A DNA stretch of 63,380 nt, counting the filler, from Folioceros fuciformis (Eukaryota), in NCBI GenBank assembly GCA_049999805.1. It is 19 parts of 19 records of this genome, joined end to end, with 100 filler letters (N's around TTAATTAATTAA, not from the genome) between each part and the next. Parts side by side here need not be neighbours in the genome. Positions count along the whole stretch, not along the records: positions 1 to 8,041 come from JBNGIO010006848.1; positions 8,142 to 10,843 come from JBNGIO010006850.1; positions 10,944 to 13,612 come from JBNGIO010006852.1; 16 more parts are not named here. One strand, written 5' to 3'. Shown here piece after piece: positions 1-12,426 of the stretch (the stretch's first letter is position 1; every line of letters begins with the position of its first letter). Below the pieces are notes generated by a model. The model was not told where the DNA came from. It did no database searches and saw only the letters and a list, made by a program, of their open reading frames with translations. Both the position numbers and the translations under genes were made by a program.

Positions 1-1
1 G

Positions 2-226
2 AAGGGAACATTGAAGGTTTACCATGTGAAACAGTTTCCTGTCTTGGATTTGAACGGGTTGGAGGGGGAGGTGAAGGATGTGCTAGGGGAATGGAAGGGC
101 AAGCCGGTGTCCGCCAATTTGCCCTTCAAGGTGCAATTCGTGGTGGAGGCGGAGGGTAAGCCGGTTAAATTCTTCGCCCATCTCAGGGATGGGGAGTTTG
201 AGGTTGTGGATGCTGTGGCCAATTGA
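2..226 (+). CDS. FTRA: Ferredoxin-thioredoxin reductase variable (alpha) subunit, 3' end (5'-partial)
   Basis: KVYHV...DLNGLEGEVK...WKGKPVSANLPFKVQF...KFFAHLRDGEFE matches the FTR variable chain; stop TGA at 224-226. Confidence 0.9.
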   Translation, partial: KGTLKVYHVKQFPVLDLNGLEGEVKDVLGEWKGKPVSANLPFKVQFVVEAEGKPVKFFAHLRDGEFEVVDAVAN

Positions 227-1470
227 GGCGGCTACGTGTTGTGACTAAGGGTGTGTGGAGGAGGCACGTATCTCTGGACCTTCTGCGAGCAGTTACCATG
301 GCACATTGGCTAGCATAAGGAGTTACCACTGCGGAGATGGCTCTTCTCTAACCCTCAGTTTGCAGCATTGTTACACTTGGGGCTGTGGTGATGTTGCCTC
401 CAGCCGTGAGGTCCACTTGTTGAACAGCAAACTGGCTTGCCTGTGCGAGGCAACGCAACTCTGCCCTGGGCAGTGATCGTGGGCTCGTCGCTTCATTCCC
501 AGGTTGCAGGGTCTTTCCGTATATGCTTCCTCTAGAACAAGGGAACGAACGGGTCTAGTTAGAGTGAGGGAGGTGTTCTTGGACTGACAATTCAGAGGGA
601 GGGAAATTCTTAAGCCAGGGCAGCGCAGAGGATGTAAGACTGGATGACATGGTGTTTGACAAATTCACCGTTTTAACTCTTGGTCTGGGATGTACATTAT
701 GAGGTTGGGCTGCTGGAATGTAAACGTACTACAATGTAAACTTAGCCTGCCACTCTAGTGGCGTCAGGTGTATGGCAGATCGATACATACGTCCGTGATG
801 CCTTACTATACCTCCTCCAGGGGTACCTACGCCTTGCAAATGTCGTGCCCCCTTCCATCACACACTTGCTACCTTGTTTTTCCCATGCCCTTGATGTACA
901 GGTTCGAGAAACCTCGCGTGCTGTCTCCAGTTCATCACATCCAGCACCCCTATCCGCCAGGCAGCTCACCGTCGTTACGGCATCCAGCAGTCTGGTTTCA
1001 CCACCCAACGAGTACGAGCTGAAAGGATCAAGTACTCGCTGTGGCCTGAAGAAGCAAGCCAAGCAACAAGGAGCATGGGCACCCAAAATAGATGAATGAT
1101 CCCCTTTCTGTTTCCAAACGTCCATTCGAGTGTTCTCAGTCGCCAGGGCAACCATGAATCCAGAACAACAAAACTTGAATACATCTGGATCTGTTTCGTG
1201 TCATCTTGGTGTCTCTCAATTCAACCCAAGTCTTGAGCCTTTGTCAGGCACTATCTTGCGTTGCTTCCCATCCTGGCTTTTCTAAGACAGTTTTTAGTCA
1301 TGAACCTCCATACTATCCAGCTTGTACATGAAGTCTGAGCAGCAAAACTTGCACGTATGTCCTTTATCTTACATATCATCCGACTGACCAGCCGATAGTG
1401 GTATGTTTGAAAAGAATAAACTTTGCCTAGCCTATAATGATAGGAATAAATTTGATGAGGACGGATCTAT

Positions 1471-4108
1471 TCAGCGAATGTTCTCTGGGAAGTTGCTCAG
1501 TCTCGCTTCTTCCAGCACCGTGTAGCGCTGACTGGATGAGATGGTTTCTACTCTGTCCACCTTCTTGTACTCGTACCAGTATGCGACCACGAGAAAGACG
1601 ATGAAGTCGACCGCAACCACGATTGCCAGCAGCCAGTAGAACTTGGACAGACCCCCATGGTTGACGCCTCCTCGCAGCCACTGGCTGAACGGGTTGGAGT
1701 TGTCATTGGTGTATCTGTTCACGGCTGTCACCACAGCTGTGGTGATGAGGGATCCGATTCCGACAGAGCTGTGACGAGCAGAAAGGAGATGTTAGGGTCC
1801 AGCCCATAGAGACCATTGTGGCTAACGGCTCATGGCTCATGGAGGAGAGTTAGACCAGAATCTCGTACCTGAAGGTGAGGGTTGAGGAGAGGGATTTCAT
1901 GGTGTTAGGTGCATCACCGTGGAAGATCTCCAAGGCTGCCACTGATGTGAAGAACTCGATTCCAGCGATGAGGACCAGCTGGGGGACTAGCCAGAACACT
2001 TTCATAGGCAGGACAAAAGCTCCGACTGGGAGGAAGCCGAACTGGAGATGTCGAACCTCCCGCACTCTCCTGTTCTCCACCAAGGCTGCAGTGATGAGAC
2101 CCAGCAATGCCAGCACAAATCCTACAGACATTCTTTGGAGAGGTGTGATGCCTCGCTCGTGTCCTGTGAACTTCCGGGCGAAGGGGACGAACAGGATGTC
2201 GTAGACTGGAGTCAGAATCAATATACCGATGACGCTGAAAGTCCCCAAGGAGGCCGCAGGAATTTGGAAGTGCTTGCCCAAGCTGCGATCCATGGTGGTT
2301 GCCTGGTGTTCACAAGAGTAGAGACAGATTCAATGGGCAATCTGACAGGTGCCGTCAGACACTGGCTGAGGGCTTGCTGGGCAAGTTTTTACCTGGACCA
2401 CGACGTATGTGCTCATCTGAGTGATCGCTGTGAAGAGCGGGAAGATGGTGACCCAGATGGGAAGCATGAGCAGGATGCGTTTCAGCTCTTCAATTTGGCT
2501 CACTGGGCTCAGTCTCCACGGGTCCACGCCTCGCATGATCTCGGCCCCTTTGACTATAGCAGCCTTGTCCAGGAACCTGCATCAGACATGCAAGCAAGCA
2601 TGAAGCCTGTTGTGCTGTCGTGGGGAGGTGGTAGGGCATTGTTGGCGAGAGTGACGTAGGTACCTGAACTTGTTGGTATGAGCAAGGCGCTCGAGAGGCA
2701 CAGGAGAGGCGTCCACGTCCAGGAAAGACAGCTCGTACAGATCCTGATGGTCTTCCGGAAGCTTTCGGTTCCAATGGCGACCTGCAGCAACTATGACTTG
2801 AGCGATACGAGTGAGGGGGCTTCCACTTGGTTTCTTGTGTCTGTAGAAGGGAGTGCCAAAGAGGAAGACGACGGTGGCGATGGTGAAAACTGCAGTTAAG
2901 ATGCCATAGCCCCAGCCGCGCCCAGCCTGATCCTGCACGTACACCATGACCGAATATGCCAGCAGGTTGCCCATGCTGGAGCAGAAGAAGTACCTGCCAC
3001 CAGACATCACAGATTTCGTAAATTTCCAAGCAGGACTAGAACTCAGGGGATGAAGCTGGTCAGCACATGTGGCAAATTTCCATACCAGTTGAAGTAGTGT
3101 ATACCGGCCCGTTTCTCTTCAGGCACTGAGATGTCAAACTGCTCTTGCCCAAACGAGGGGACCATGGCCTTGATTCCAGCGCTCCCAATTGCCATGAGAT
3201 AGAGGGCGGCCAGGAGGAAGTTCAGGTCTCTGTCACTGGCTTCAGGGCAGACAGGAGTGGCTAACGACAGAGTGCAGGATCGAGGTCGGAGAGAGTGCAG
3301 AGATGTGGATATGGTGAGGAGTACCATTCCCTACAGAACAATTCCGAGACATGGCACTCAGAACCTTGAGTGTGACTGGTTGGACAGTTTGGCGTCCGAT
3401 TGGAGAGGAGGAAAGAGCAGACTTACAAAGATCTGTAGAAATGCTGTGATGACCATCGTCCAATAGCGACCCAAGTAGGAATCGGCAAGAAAGCCCCAGA
3501 CGATGGTCACCACGTAGATCACTCCAAGCCAGGTGGTAACGATGTTGCTTGATCTGTCAACTTGCAGATGCATCACGAAAATCAAGTACGTCACCATGTT
3601 CGCTCCAATGGCTATGGTAGCCAGGTAATCCGCGAAGATCACAGCTGTAACCACCCAACCAAGATGCACATGTCAATCTTCCGACAGGTCCGCTGCTTGG
3701 CAGTGGCAGGGAGGGGTCGAAGGACTGAAACGCAGGCTGAAATTGGCCCAGACTTTGCGCCTACAATAAAAATGTGGACACGGAATTGGGATGCAAGCAG
3801 AGAGCAGACGAGCATTTACCGTAGATGAAGATAGCAGCCTTCCACGATCCAGTCGTGGACTTGTCCACGGGCATGCCCATGAGATCGAAGAACTGCTCTG
3901 GGGGGTCCTTGCGTTTGTGGGGATTGTCTCGCAAATCAGGAGAGCCAATAGTGGTACCTTTGTCTCTCAGGTCCGGCGATCCCATGATGGCAAATCGGGT
4001 GGTCTTGTCCCTGAGCCCAGCGAGCTCGATGTCGGCGTTCACGTTGTGCACCTTGCCTGTCGCTGACTTCGGGTTATCCTCATCGAAGGCCGTCTCCTGC
4101 ACCTGCAC
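1471..4108 (-). CDS. NRT1/PTR (NPF) family transporter, NPF6-like, multi-exon; start codon uncertain
   Basis: GT-AG exons ~4108-3820, 3644-3427, 3330-3086, 2993-2664, 2576-2393, 2302-1869, 1768-1471. Motifs TGSWKAAIFI, GFLADSYLGRYWT, SFGQEQFD, PSGSPLTRIAQV, RFLDKAA, QATTMDRSLG, GITPLQRM, FYWLLA. Confidence 0.9.
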
Positions 4109-7100
4109 CTGCACGCACAGTCACTGGCATCAGGAATCTGATAACTACAGCCAACCAGATTCATTGAAGCGTGACTGACTGCCCACACCAGCTCTGATGC
4201 CCGGAAGCAAATTCAGCGGACAACGCAAGCGGCAGCAACATCCACAGCAATGCCAGGGGAAGCGAAGGCATCGCAGCGGGAAGGCGGACAAGGCTCAAGC
4301 GGGAATTGGAGCGCACCATCTTGGAATTGGGTCGCTGCTCCTGATTCTACTTTTGCGTCCGCTTCTGCTTGTGGGAGGGAAGGGCGGCTGCTGCTGCTGC
4401 TACTGCTTCCAGGAGCAGCAGGCGGGAGCGAGATTCAGCAGCAGCGTTGTCTCCTGCTGTTGGCTGGGTGACGAGGCAAGACGACTTCAGATCACGCAGG
4501 CAGTGGACTCGTGGAGTCGGTCAGGTGGCGTTCCAATGTGCGCTCCGCATTGGGTTGCTCCCAGCATCCCCCTCGTGGCGCTCTCATCCCAGCCTCCCAG
4601 GAGGGCCGTCCAGCTGCAACAGCAGCAGCAGGAGAAGCAGCAGCAGGCAGGGGGCAAATGCACAAGGATGAAAGACAGGCGCACTGTAGAAACAAATGTG
4701 CGTCTCGGGTCTACAGGATGGTGGTGAGCGTCAGAATGGTCTGACACGCAGCACTGCAGCAACTGCAGCAACTGGAGCTACAGGAGCAGCAGCAGGAGAA
4801 GAAGCAGGCGGAAGAGCAGCGGGCAGAGAGAGAGGCCAGGCCAGGCCCAGGCCGCGCCGCATTGATTGAAGAATGCAAGAATTGGAGGAGGAGGCAATTA
4901 TAAGCAGCAGCAGCAGAGCGAGCGAGGCAGGCCAAGCTCAGCCCCGACTGGAGTCGCAGGCGAGAGCGCGGGAGCAAGTTGCAAAAGCCGCAGGCGTGAG
5001 CCCAGCCCCCGGAATCTGAGAGCTGGACCCATGAAACAGGAGGTGGTGGAAAACGTCCCGGCCAAGAAAGAGAGGACATCCTTGGACGCCCTTCTCCTCA
5101 CTCCACAGCTGAGCACATCACAGCGCAGCACGCCTGGACTGTGATGTGCTGGGCCCTGGCTCTGCCCGACGAGAGAGCGGACGACGACAAGAGCAGAGAG
5201 GTGAGCAGCTGTGCTCGCTGCTACACCCAGTACTGTCCACTTCACCACCTCCTGCGGCTCCAGCAAAAGAAAAGTTGCCTCACACGAAGGAGCTGACTTG
5301 CGGGACCAGGAGAGAGAAAGCATGCGCAGCCCGGCACCACCGCCACCGGCAGAGAGCCCAGCCCAGCCCAGTCCCATGCGCATGTATCTGCTCCTTCCTT
5401 CCTTCCTATGGACCTCTCCTCTCCTGTCCTCCCTTTGTCTTCCTCCTCCACCTTTGCTTCGTTGCAACATTCCTACCGGTGACCTGAGCTGAGGTCCATC
5501 CTCCTGTCCCACAAGTGCATTTGTTCAGCTTTGCTTGTAAGGCCTTCCATCATCCTTCTCTACACTCAAGAAGAAGGTACATGTGTGTTGTTCGTGGTAC
5601 GTCGGAGGACATGAAGACCCATGCAGCCATTGATGCAGTTTAGCCTTCTCCCACAAGCAAAGCCAATCCGTGCCATGGCCTGCGTAGGCAGTAACTCGTC
5701 TTCTTGATAGATGGAGTTGACGGTCCAAGCCTTTAGCTGGGTTTCTTTCCTTCCGGCACAAGCTACACATGTGGGCAATTGAAGTGAGCGGGAAGGCTGC
5801 CACTGCCACTTCCCTCCCAAAGGTCGTTTGCTTTATGCAGGTCTAGGAGCGGCTGATGGGTAGGTAGATCCAGCCCCAGGGCCTGTCTAATCCATTGCAT
5901 GGCCAGCGCTGAAGTGGGGGTGGATGCATACATTGGATATGTCCAGCCAGTCCAGGGCCAATGGTCCATGCATCCGTCAAAGAGCCGCAGAGAAGGTAAG
6001 CATGGTTTAGCTCGAAGGCGGGGCCAATGGGACAAGGCCAGGCAGGCTCTGGGCTGTGGGTGCAGCTGGAGGAGCATGCGGCATGATCACAAGGGGACAA
6101 AGCGGGATTGAAAAACTTTGGTGCAGCCTGTGGATCGCCCCTCTGCCACGCTTCTCTCCTCTCTCACGCTCCGCCTTGTCCCGCGCGCCTGACAGCCACT
6201 CTGCCATCCCCTACCTCTCCGCCCCCGTCTGTGTAACAGCCAGCCAGCCAGCCAGCGAGCCAGCCAGCTCCGTGGGCCGCGAGCCTGGTGTGAGAGAGAG
6301 AGAGAGCCTGGGCACTGGACTGCAATGGTCTTGGCTCTGGTTTGGTTTGCGTTGCTTTGCTCTGGGTTGCTCCTTCATCCATCCAGTCGGAGCGTCCTTC
6401 CATTCAGACCCCCTGTCTCCTCCCCTGCACGGGCTGTGCTGCTACTCTTCTCGGGAGAAAACGTCCCAGTCCCGGTCCCGGGCCGGGGCCGGGGCCCCAG
6501 CCTAATCCCAAGTCCCTGGCTCCATGGGGCCCGAGGAGAGATCCTACTAGTCTCCATGGGCCCCGTAACGGTTTACCATCTTTTGTCGCACTGTGTCCGT
6601 GGTGCCCCTCCGTCCCTTATTTCACCTCCATCTTCTCCCCTCCATGGAAACACGGACCGTCTACAAAGCACAAGACAAGACACCACACCTTGTTGCAGTT
6701 GCCGCACAATGCAGAAGGCAGATGCAGGCCAGCTAGCCCGGAACTCGGAATTCCGTCTCCCATTGTGGACAGTAGAAAAATGCCCACTTGTTGGGCTGCA
6801 CTCGTCTTGGTTTGTGCACCTCCCTCGCTCGAATTGTCTCGTTGTGGAGAGGCAGCTGGAAATAGCCTTCCGCTGCACTCTTGGGTGGGAATGTCTTTCT
6901 TGTTACTGCCGCCATGACGTGACAACTTCTCGGGTGCGTGCCACCCGCTCTCGCATTGGCCTCCCAAGGATTTCGTCGGATAAATCGTGCCCACCTTTTG
7001 TGATATTTTACACTTTTTTTATGATTTCTGTCTGGTGGACGGGAGGATGTAGGTCTTGCTGCGTGTTGTGATGTTAGCCCACATAATGGTCTCAGCCTCT

Positions 7101-7199
7101 CGTACCTTTCCCTTGCCATACGTCCCTCATACCTCTCTCTCCCTTTCCCTTTCCCTTAAGGCCCTTCCCTTCCCTCAAAGTGGTAGGCCATATGCTTGG

Positions 7200-7530
7200 C
7201 AAGACCGAGATCTCGGCATGCATGTGCTGCCCTACCAAACAAACCAAAGCCTTGATCTACAAGCTTCAGAGTGGTGGCAACCATGATCCTTTGCAAGACA
7301 AAGATCTTACCTTGTGTGTCCCGCTAAGCAAACCCAGCCTGTTCCACAACCATTATCCTTGCCAAAATGATCTGCTTGCAAGACAAAGATCTGGCCATGT
7401 TTGTCCTACTCAGCAAACCAAGCCTTGTTCCACAGCCAAAGTATGTCATTGGTAGCTATATCCTCTCTTCCCAAGACAAAGATCTTATGTGTCCGTCCTA
7501 CCACGCAAGCCCAACCTTGCTCTACAAGCA
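7200..7530. repeat. Degenerate tandem repeat, 4 copies, period 85-94 bp
   Basis: CAAGAC(A/C)(A/G)AGATCT...CAA(A/G)CC.A(G/A)CCT(T)G motif begins at 7200, 7294, 7379 and 7472. Confidence 0.75.
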
Positions 7531-7898
7531 TTATTGCAATGCATTCCAGTCCACAGGGATGCATTCAAAGCTGGCATACCAGCTCCCATGTCTCGTGCTC
7601 TTGCGATATTCCTACATCACCTTACATCACCCCACAACCCAACAAAAATCCCAATCATTTGTAACGCACATCACAAATCCCAATACGCACATACATCACC
7701 CCTAAATATTCATATTTTATTCACTACTGTTTCCTTCTTAATAAACTTTCCATCTCATTTCCTCACGCGCACCTAACTTCTCCTGTCCATCTCACCTGGT
7801 CCACACCCAACTTCTTCTTCCCTATGTTGTTCTTCCGGGTAGATGAATTTTCTCCTTCCCCTCTACAACGCAGGCGCCATTTCCACCTAATTTGCGCA

Positions 7899-7967
7899 CT
7901 AAACCCACAACCCACAAACCCACAACCCACAAACCCACAACCCACGAACCCACAAACCCACAAACCC
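7899..7967. repeat. (A)AACCCAC telomere-like simple repeat
   Basis: CTAAACCC followed by alternating AACCCAC/AAACCCAC units. Confidence 0.85.
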
Positions 7968-8041
7968 GGCAACGAGCCAAAGTCACAGCAAGAACGAAGT
8001 CGTGATGGTCACGGCAGCAGAAGCTGAGACATGTGCAAGAG

Positions 8042-8141
8042 NNNNNNNNNNNNNNNNNNNNNNNNNNNNNNNNNNNNNNNNNNNNTTAATTAATTAANNN
8101 NNNNNNNNNNNNNNNNNNNNNNNNNNNNNNNNNNNNNNNNN
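8042..8141. other. Artificial contig linker N44-TTAATTAATTAA-N44 (first of 18)
   Basis: Identical 100-bp linkers, with stops in all six frames, start at 8042, 10844, 13613, 17534, 20115, 23334, 26363, 27708, 30240, 32630, 38023, 39143, 43152, 46945, 49579, 52815, 59590 and 60777. Confidence 0.98.
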
Positions 8142-9952
8142 CTCCAATGCTCAGCTCAGCTCACTTCACTCCTACCACCCTCTCATTTATTGTACTCACT
8201 TTTCTTTTATACTTGTGCATGTGAGTTGGTGAGGAGTTATGTATTTCACCTTCCCTTCCCCCTCCCCTTTGTACCTGCTCTCTTTGCTTTCCTCTGCCCA
8301 TCACACCCTCAACTTTCATTCACACTAACACCCTACATACTTGTGATCTCAATTCAACTCCAGGACACTGACTATATCTACACTCCATCTTCATGACCAC
8401 CCCACGAATCCTACCATTCGTGCAAGGCAAGTGCAATGCACAGTAGAAGAACAGCCTACTTTGTCATTGATGTTGTCCGATCGTCCTACATGATTTGTTG
8501 CTCAACTCACAGTCTCGCTGGCATGTTCGACACATCCCACGCCTACCTACCACCAATTGTTGCTTGTCAGAACATCCTTTTGTTTTTCTCGTAGGCACCA
8601 CCGCAGTAGTGCCTAGTGGTGGATCCGTGTTGCTCGTCCTATAGCATGTGTACATTTGTTTTTACTAGGCACTGTTGCGCATTATGGTCCTATGGGTCCT
8701 TACCATGTTAGCTGAGCTGGGTTGTGTTGTGTTGTGTCGTGCTGTGCTCTGCTCTGCTCTCTTCTCCTTCGCTCCGTATTCGTATGACCCCACAAAATAC
8801 TTCAACCACTTCTGACAACCCATTATGAGACAGAGGACATCCGCTCACATATCCGCCTACCGTCCTTTTGGACACAACGTTGATGCTCTCTGGTCTTACA
8901 ACCTCCATGTGTTCGTGCACTCTTTGTCTATTGCGTCCGGCAAAGCAAAACAATGTAGTGATGACGCTTTGCCTTCTGACATCCTCCATTCTTCCTTTCC
9001 TCGTGTGCGAGGCCTATGTGCATGCTACTCTGTACCTTCAACAACTCGTCAGCGGGTGACCATTATAGTTGCTCATTATAGTTGCTCACCTCACTATCTC
9101 ATGTCACTGAAACAAAATTGACTTCTCTTGACTCTAAACTCTAAATTTGAACATGAAACTAGAGAATTGAGGTTATATAGGTTTGTGCAAAAACATTGCA
9201 CCTTAAGTGTCATGATGGCACATCAATCCTAGATAACTAGATTTAAACATGTGCTAAGATATCTAATCAATCTAATAATCTAGGCTTTGGTTGAATAGAG
9301 AAAGATCCATATCGCCCACCTTCTCATCAAGAAGAAGCTTTCTACATTCTAACATGAGCAAAGTGTATTTAATTCATGGACAATATATTCTAACAACATT
9401 AAATTATCTAGCTTACTTACCATTACTAGTAGGAAAAAGTATTATACTCTTTCTTCTTCTATGAAGTAATCTTGAAGGTTTTATGGCTTGAATTAATATT
9501 TAATATATATTAGTATCTATAGAATATAAAAAAATAAACTAGTTGGATATATCTTAGAATAAAAAATTATTTCTCTATAATAATTAAACAAAATTTATAT
9601 ACAAAAATCTGATTAATAAACATATTTTCTCCCATACTACCATATAAGTAAGAGATTTGAGTTCAAGAAACAATTCTTAATTCTTTTTTGTAATACTTTA
9701 AAAATAATAATTTTATATAATAAGGCATATTTTATTAATAATTACTTATTTTGTTGTTATGAAACTCAATATTTTATTCAATTCAATGTGATGATGATGA
9801 TGCTCATAGTACTTGTCTACCATATGGATGTTAATTGATAAGCATCTTTTGTTTTATTTTTATTCATTTAAATAGAAAAACTTAAAAAACAAGTTAGTAA
9901 AATTATTTTGTATTTCCTAAAAATGTGACCAATTGCATGTCAGCTTAAAAGC

Positions 9953-10639
9953 TCACAATAAGTCACTTGCTGGTCGTGGTGCAATTTTGAATCTTGGAAT
10001 ACCCTGTTCATGTTTGAACCTTTCTATAACACCTCTTGACATGAAGCCTAACTTAGCAGGAGGTTTAGGTCTATTGCGGTTGTAGACCGACCAACCCTCA
10101 GGTGCTCTCCAACAATCTACTCTTATGGGAATCACTTTGTCAGGCTTTTCACATACTATAGGTTGATCAAGAACTTGGGAGGCTAGGTGTTTGAGGAAGC
10201 GCTTTTGTTTCCCTGTAATAGTTTGTCTCCATCTAGGATTCTCCTCCTCCCAATCCAATTGCTTTCGCATGAATTCTTGATCTTCCACCAACAAGTGATT
10301 ACCATAAGTGATGAGTTGCTCATTTCTGTATCTCACTTGGTTTCCATGTTGTGCTCGTAGCACCTTCAATGTCCCTCGCTCAAGGTCTTGGATATAACAC
10401 CATTCCTTGTAGTTGAGTTCCTTATTCTCTTGATCAAGCATGTAAACCTCATTCTTTAGCTTCCTCAAACAATAAAGAAGCCAGTTGTTGAGATCCACTG
10501 ACCTTTCCCTTGCTGATGTCTCAAAGATATGTTGGAACTGGTGGATTCTTCTTCGCTCCAAGCGGGCTGCCTTGATTTTCCTCCATTTCCTCCTTTGTTG
10601 CTCCAATTTCCATTCCACTCCGTTGCTAACAAGAGGCAT
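9953..10639 (-). CDS. Intronless hypothetical protein (228 aa from first ATG), no recognised family
   Basis: Uninterrupted ORF MPLVSNGVEW...RPASDLL next to very AT-rich DNA, where long ORFs are unlikely by chance. Confidence 0.45.
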   Translation of the reverse strand: MPLVSNGVEWKLEQQRRKWRKIKAARLERRRIHQFQHIFETSARERSVDLNNWLLYCLRKLKNEVYMLDQENKELNYKEWCYIQDLERGTLKVLRAQHGNQVRYRNEQLITYGNHLLVEDQEFMRKQLDWEEENPRWRQTITGKQKRFLKHLASQVLDQPIVCEKPDKVIPIRVDCWRAPEGWSVYNRNRPKPPAKLGFMSRGVIERFKHEQGIPRFKIAPRPASDLL

Positions 10640-12175
10640 TTTCGTGCAAAATCGAAGGGTATAGAGTATTGTACCAAAAGCACTTACTAAGAAGCATGAA
10701 GAAGTTGGATGGAGCACAATCTTCAACTCCCTTGTTGAATAAGGTCTTGAACTCTCCTCTTAAGCGCCAAACTCACAATCACACACCATGCAAGAAAGGA
10801 AGAAACCATACCATAGTGCACTCACTTCGAAGAAGAAAAGGGCNNNNNNNNNNNNNNNNNNNNNNNNNNNNNNNNNNNNNNNNNNNNTTAATTAATTAAN
10901 NNNNNNNNNNNNNNNNNNNNNNNNNNNNNNNNNNNNNNNNNNNGCTTACTATCTGCTCCATGGAAAAAGTATTATTCAATGCGCGTTATCTAATTACCTC
11001 TCCATTCACCATCTTCTTTTAGATTTTCAATTATACTTAAATATGTGGATGAATAATTGGACCGGGAATATAAAGTGTAAGTACAACACAAGTACTCACA
11101 TATTGGCTTGGTTCCCGGCAACTTGGTGTTTTTGGACTTTCTCAAAAGATTTTGGGATTGCTAACAAACTATATTAAGTGCTCTTTGACTTGTCTCTTTA
11201 CAATTCTAGATTGCAAACAACATGTTATGAAATGAAAACAAGTTCACCCGTTTGAATATGGATACTTCGTTAGTTGTAACAACCTTGCTTATGTTATGAA
11301 CATTGTTTTGTAGATGTGAACGTTTGTTTCTCTTTGACTTACTTGCATTGTCTATCTGAGTTGAGTAGCATCGGGTTTGCATCATGATATCAGATTGTGA
11401 CTTGAGGTTTAATCGATGCACCTTAATCAAGACATCAATCTCTGATGCTCTTTCATATTCCACTTCATCTTTGTCTAAACCCAAGATAAGCATCCCATCA
11501 AGACAATCAAATCATGATTAGTGAACTTCTTGAATACATGTTGTGACCAAAGGAAGGCATGCAATAGATTGTTGGAATAAGTTGGAAAGAATAGTTTGTA
11601 TGCCAAAGATGGTTCCCAACTAATTGGGTGACAAGTTTTTAAAATGAGCTTGTACACTTTGTGCGCGACCTCACAGCGCGACCTCACAATGTCATAAAGT
11701 GCTTCTATGATTCCCTTGTAATGCAAACCTCTTGATTCCACTTATGTTTTATGTAGATTAGAAGTGAGACATTCCAAAGATGGGGATATAGATGCATCTA
11801 ATTGAGTGTCTGATCCTCCAACCATGGGACTGGTGTGAAAGATGCCCGTAAGTATCGAAGTATCTTGATGCAACAAGTTAGTACTTAGGTTTGTACTTTC
11901 AAAAGGAAAAAGGAAGAGCTACTAGAGACGTGTGTTGTAAGGAAATGTATGGAATCTTTCATAAGTGGAGGTGGGAGGACCGTGCATGGCGGGATGGTTG
12001 CAGTGCTTGTCGCATGTGCCCTTGAATCTGCATACAATCTAAATGAATGTCGAAGCAAAAGACAGGACGATAACGTGAAAAAGTGCACTCTCAAAAGATA
12101 GAGGCAAAGGACGGACTCTTTCTGGAAGGTGCAGGCCCACTTGCACCATAATATCTGCACATCTGTATTGTGCAT

Positions 12176-12426
12176 TCTGACACACTGCTAAGATGACTAG
12201 TAGATTCGAGAGAGAAGAGAAGAGAACATAAGTCTAGATGATTGTGCATTCTGACACACTGCTAAGAGTAGATTCGAGAGAGAAGAGAAGAGAACAGAAG
12301 TGACACACTGCTAAGATGACTAGTAGATTCGAGAGAGAAGAGAAGAGAATAGAAGTGACACACTGCTAAGATGACTAGTAGATTTGAGAGAGAAGAGAAG
12401 AAAAGAGAACATAAGTCTAGATGATT
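12176..12426. repeat. Minisatellite, ~4 copies of a 50-75 bp unit with GA-rich tail
   Basis: TGACACACTGCTAAGA(TGACTA)GTAGATTCGAGAGAGAAGAGAAG recurs at ~12178, 12252, 12301 and 12356. Confidence 0.9.

Noticed and set aside
742-1184. Short ORFs between FTRA and the NPF gene
   Set aside because: No recognisable domain; at most a decayed fragment.
4197-7071. Many overlapping 100-250-aa ORFs, CAG-rich
   Set aside because: Low-complexity GC-rich DNA open in several frames with no domain; probably non-coding or degraded repeat.
7200-7530. CRISPR-like repeat-spacer periodicity
   Set aside because: Repeats are long, degenerate and non-palindromic, the context is eukaryotic, and no cas genes are present.
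8086-8097. Recurrent palindromic TTAATTAATTAA as a biological motif
   Set aside because: Always centred in N runs; it is an assembly linker.
11206-11900. Two adjacent minus-strand ORFs resembling a frameshifted pseudogene
   Set aside because: No family could be recognised.
12176-12426. Possible CRISPR array
   Set aside because: Units are contiguous with no unique spacers; it is an ordinary minisatellite.
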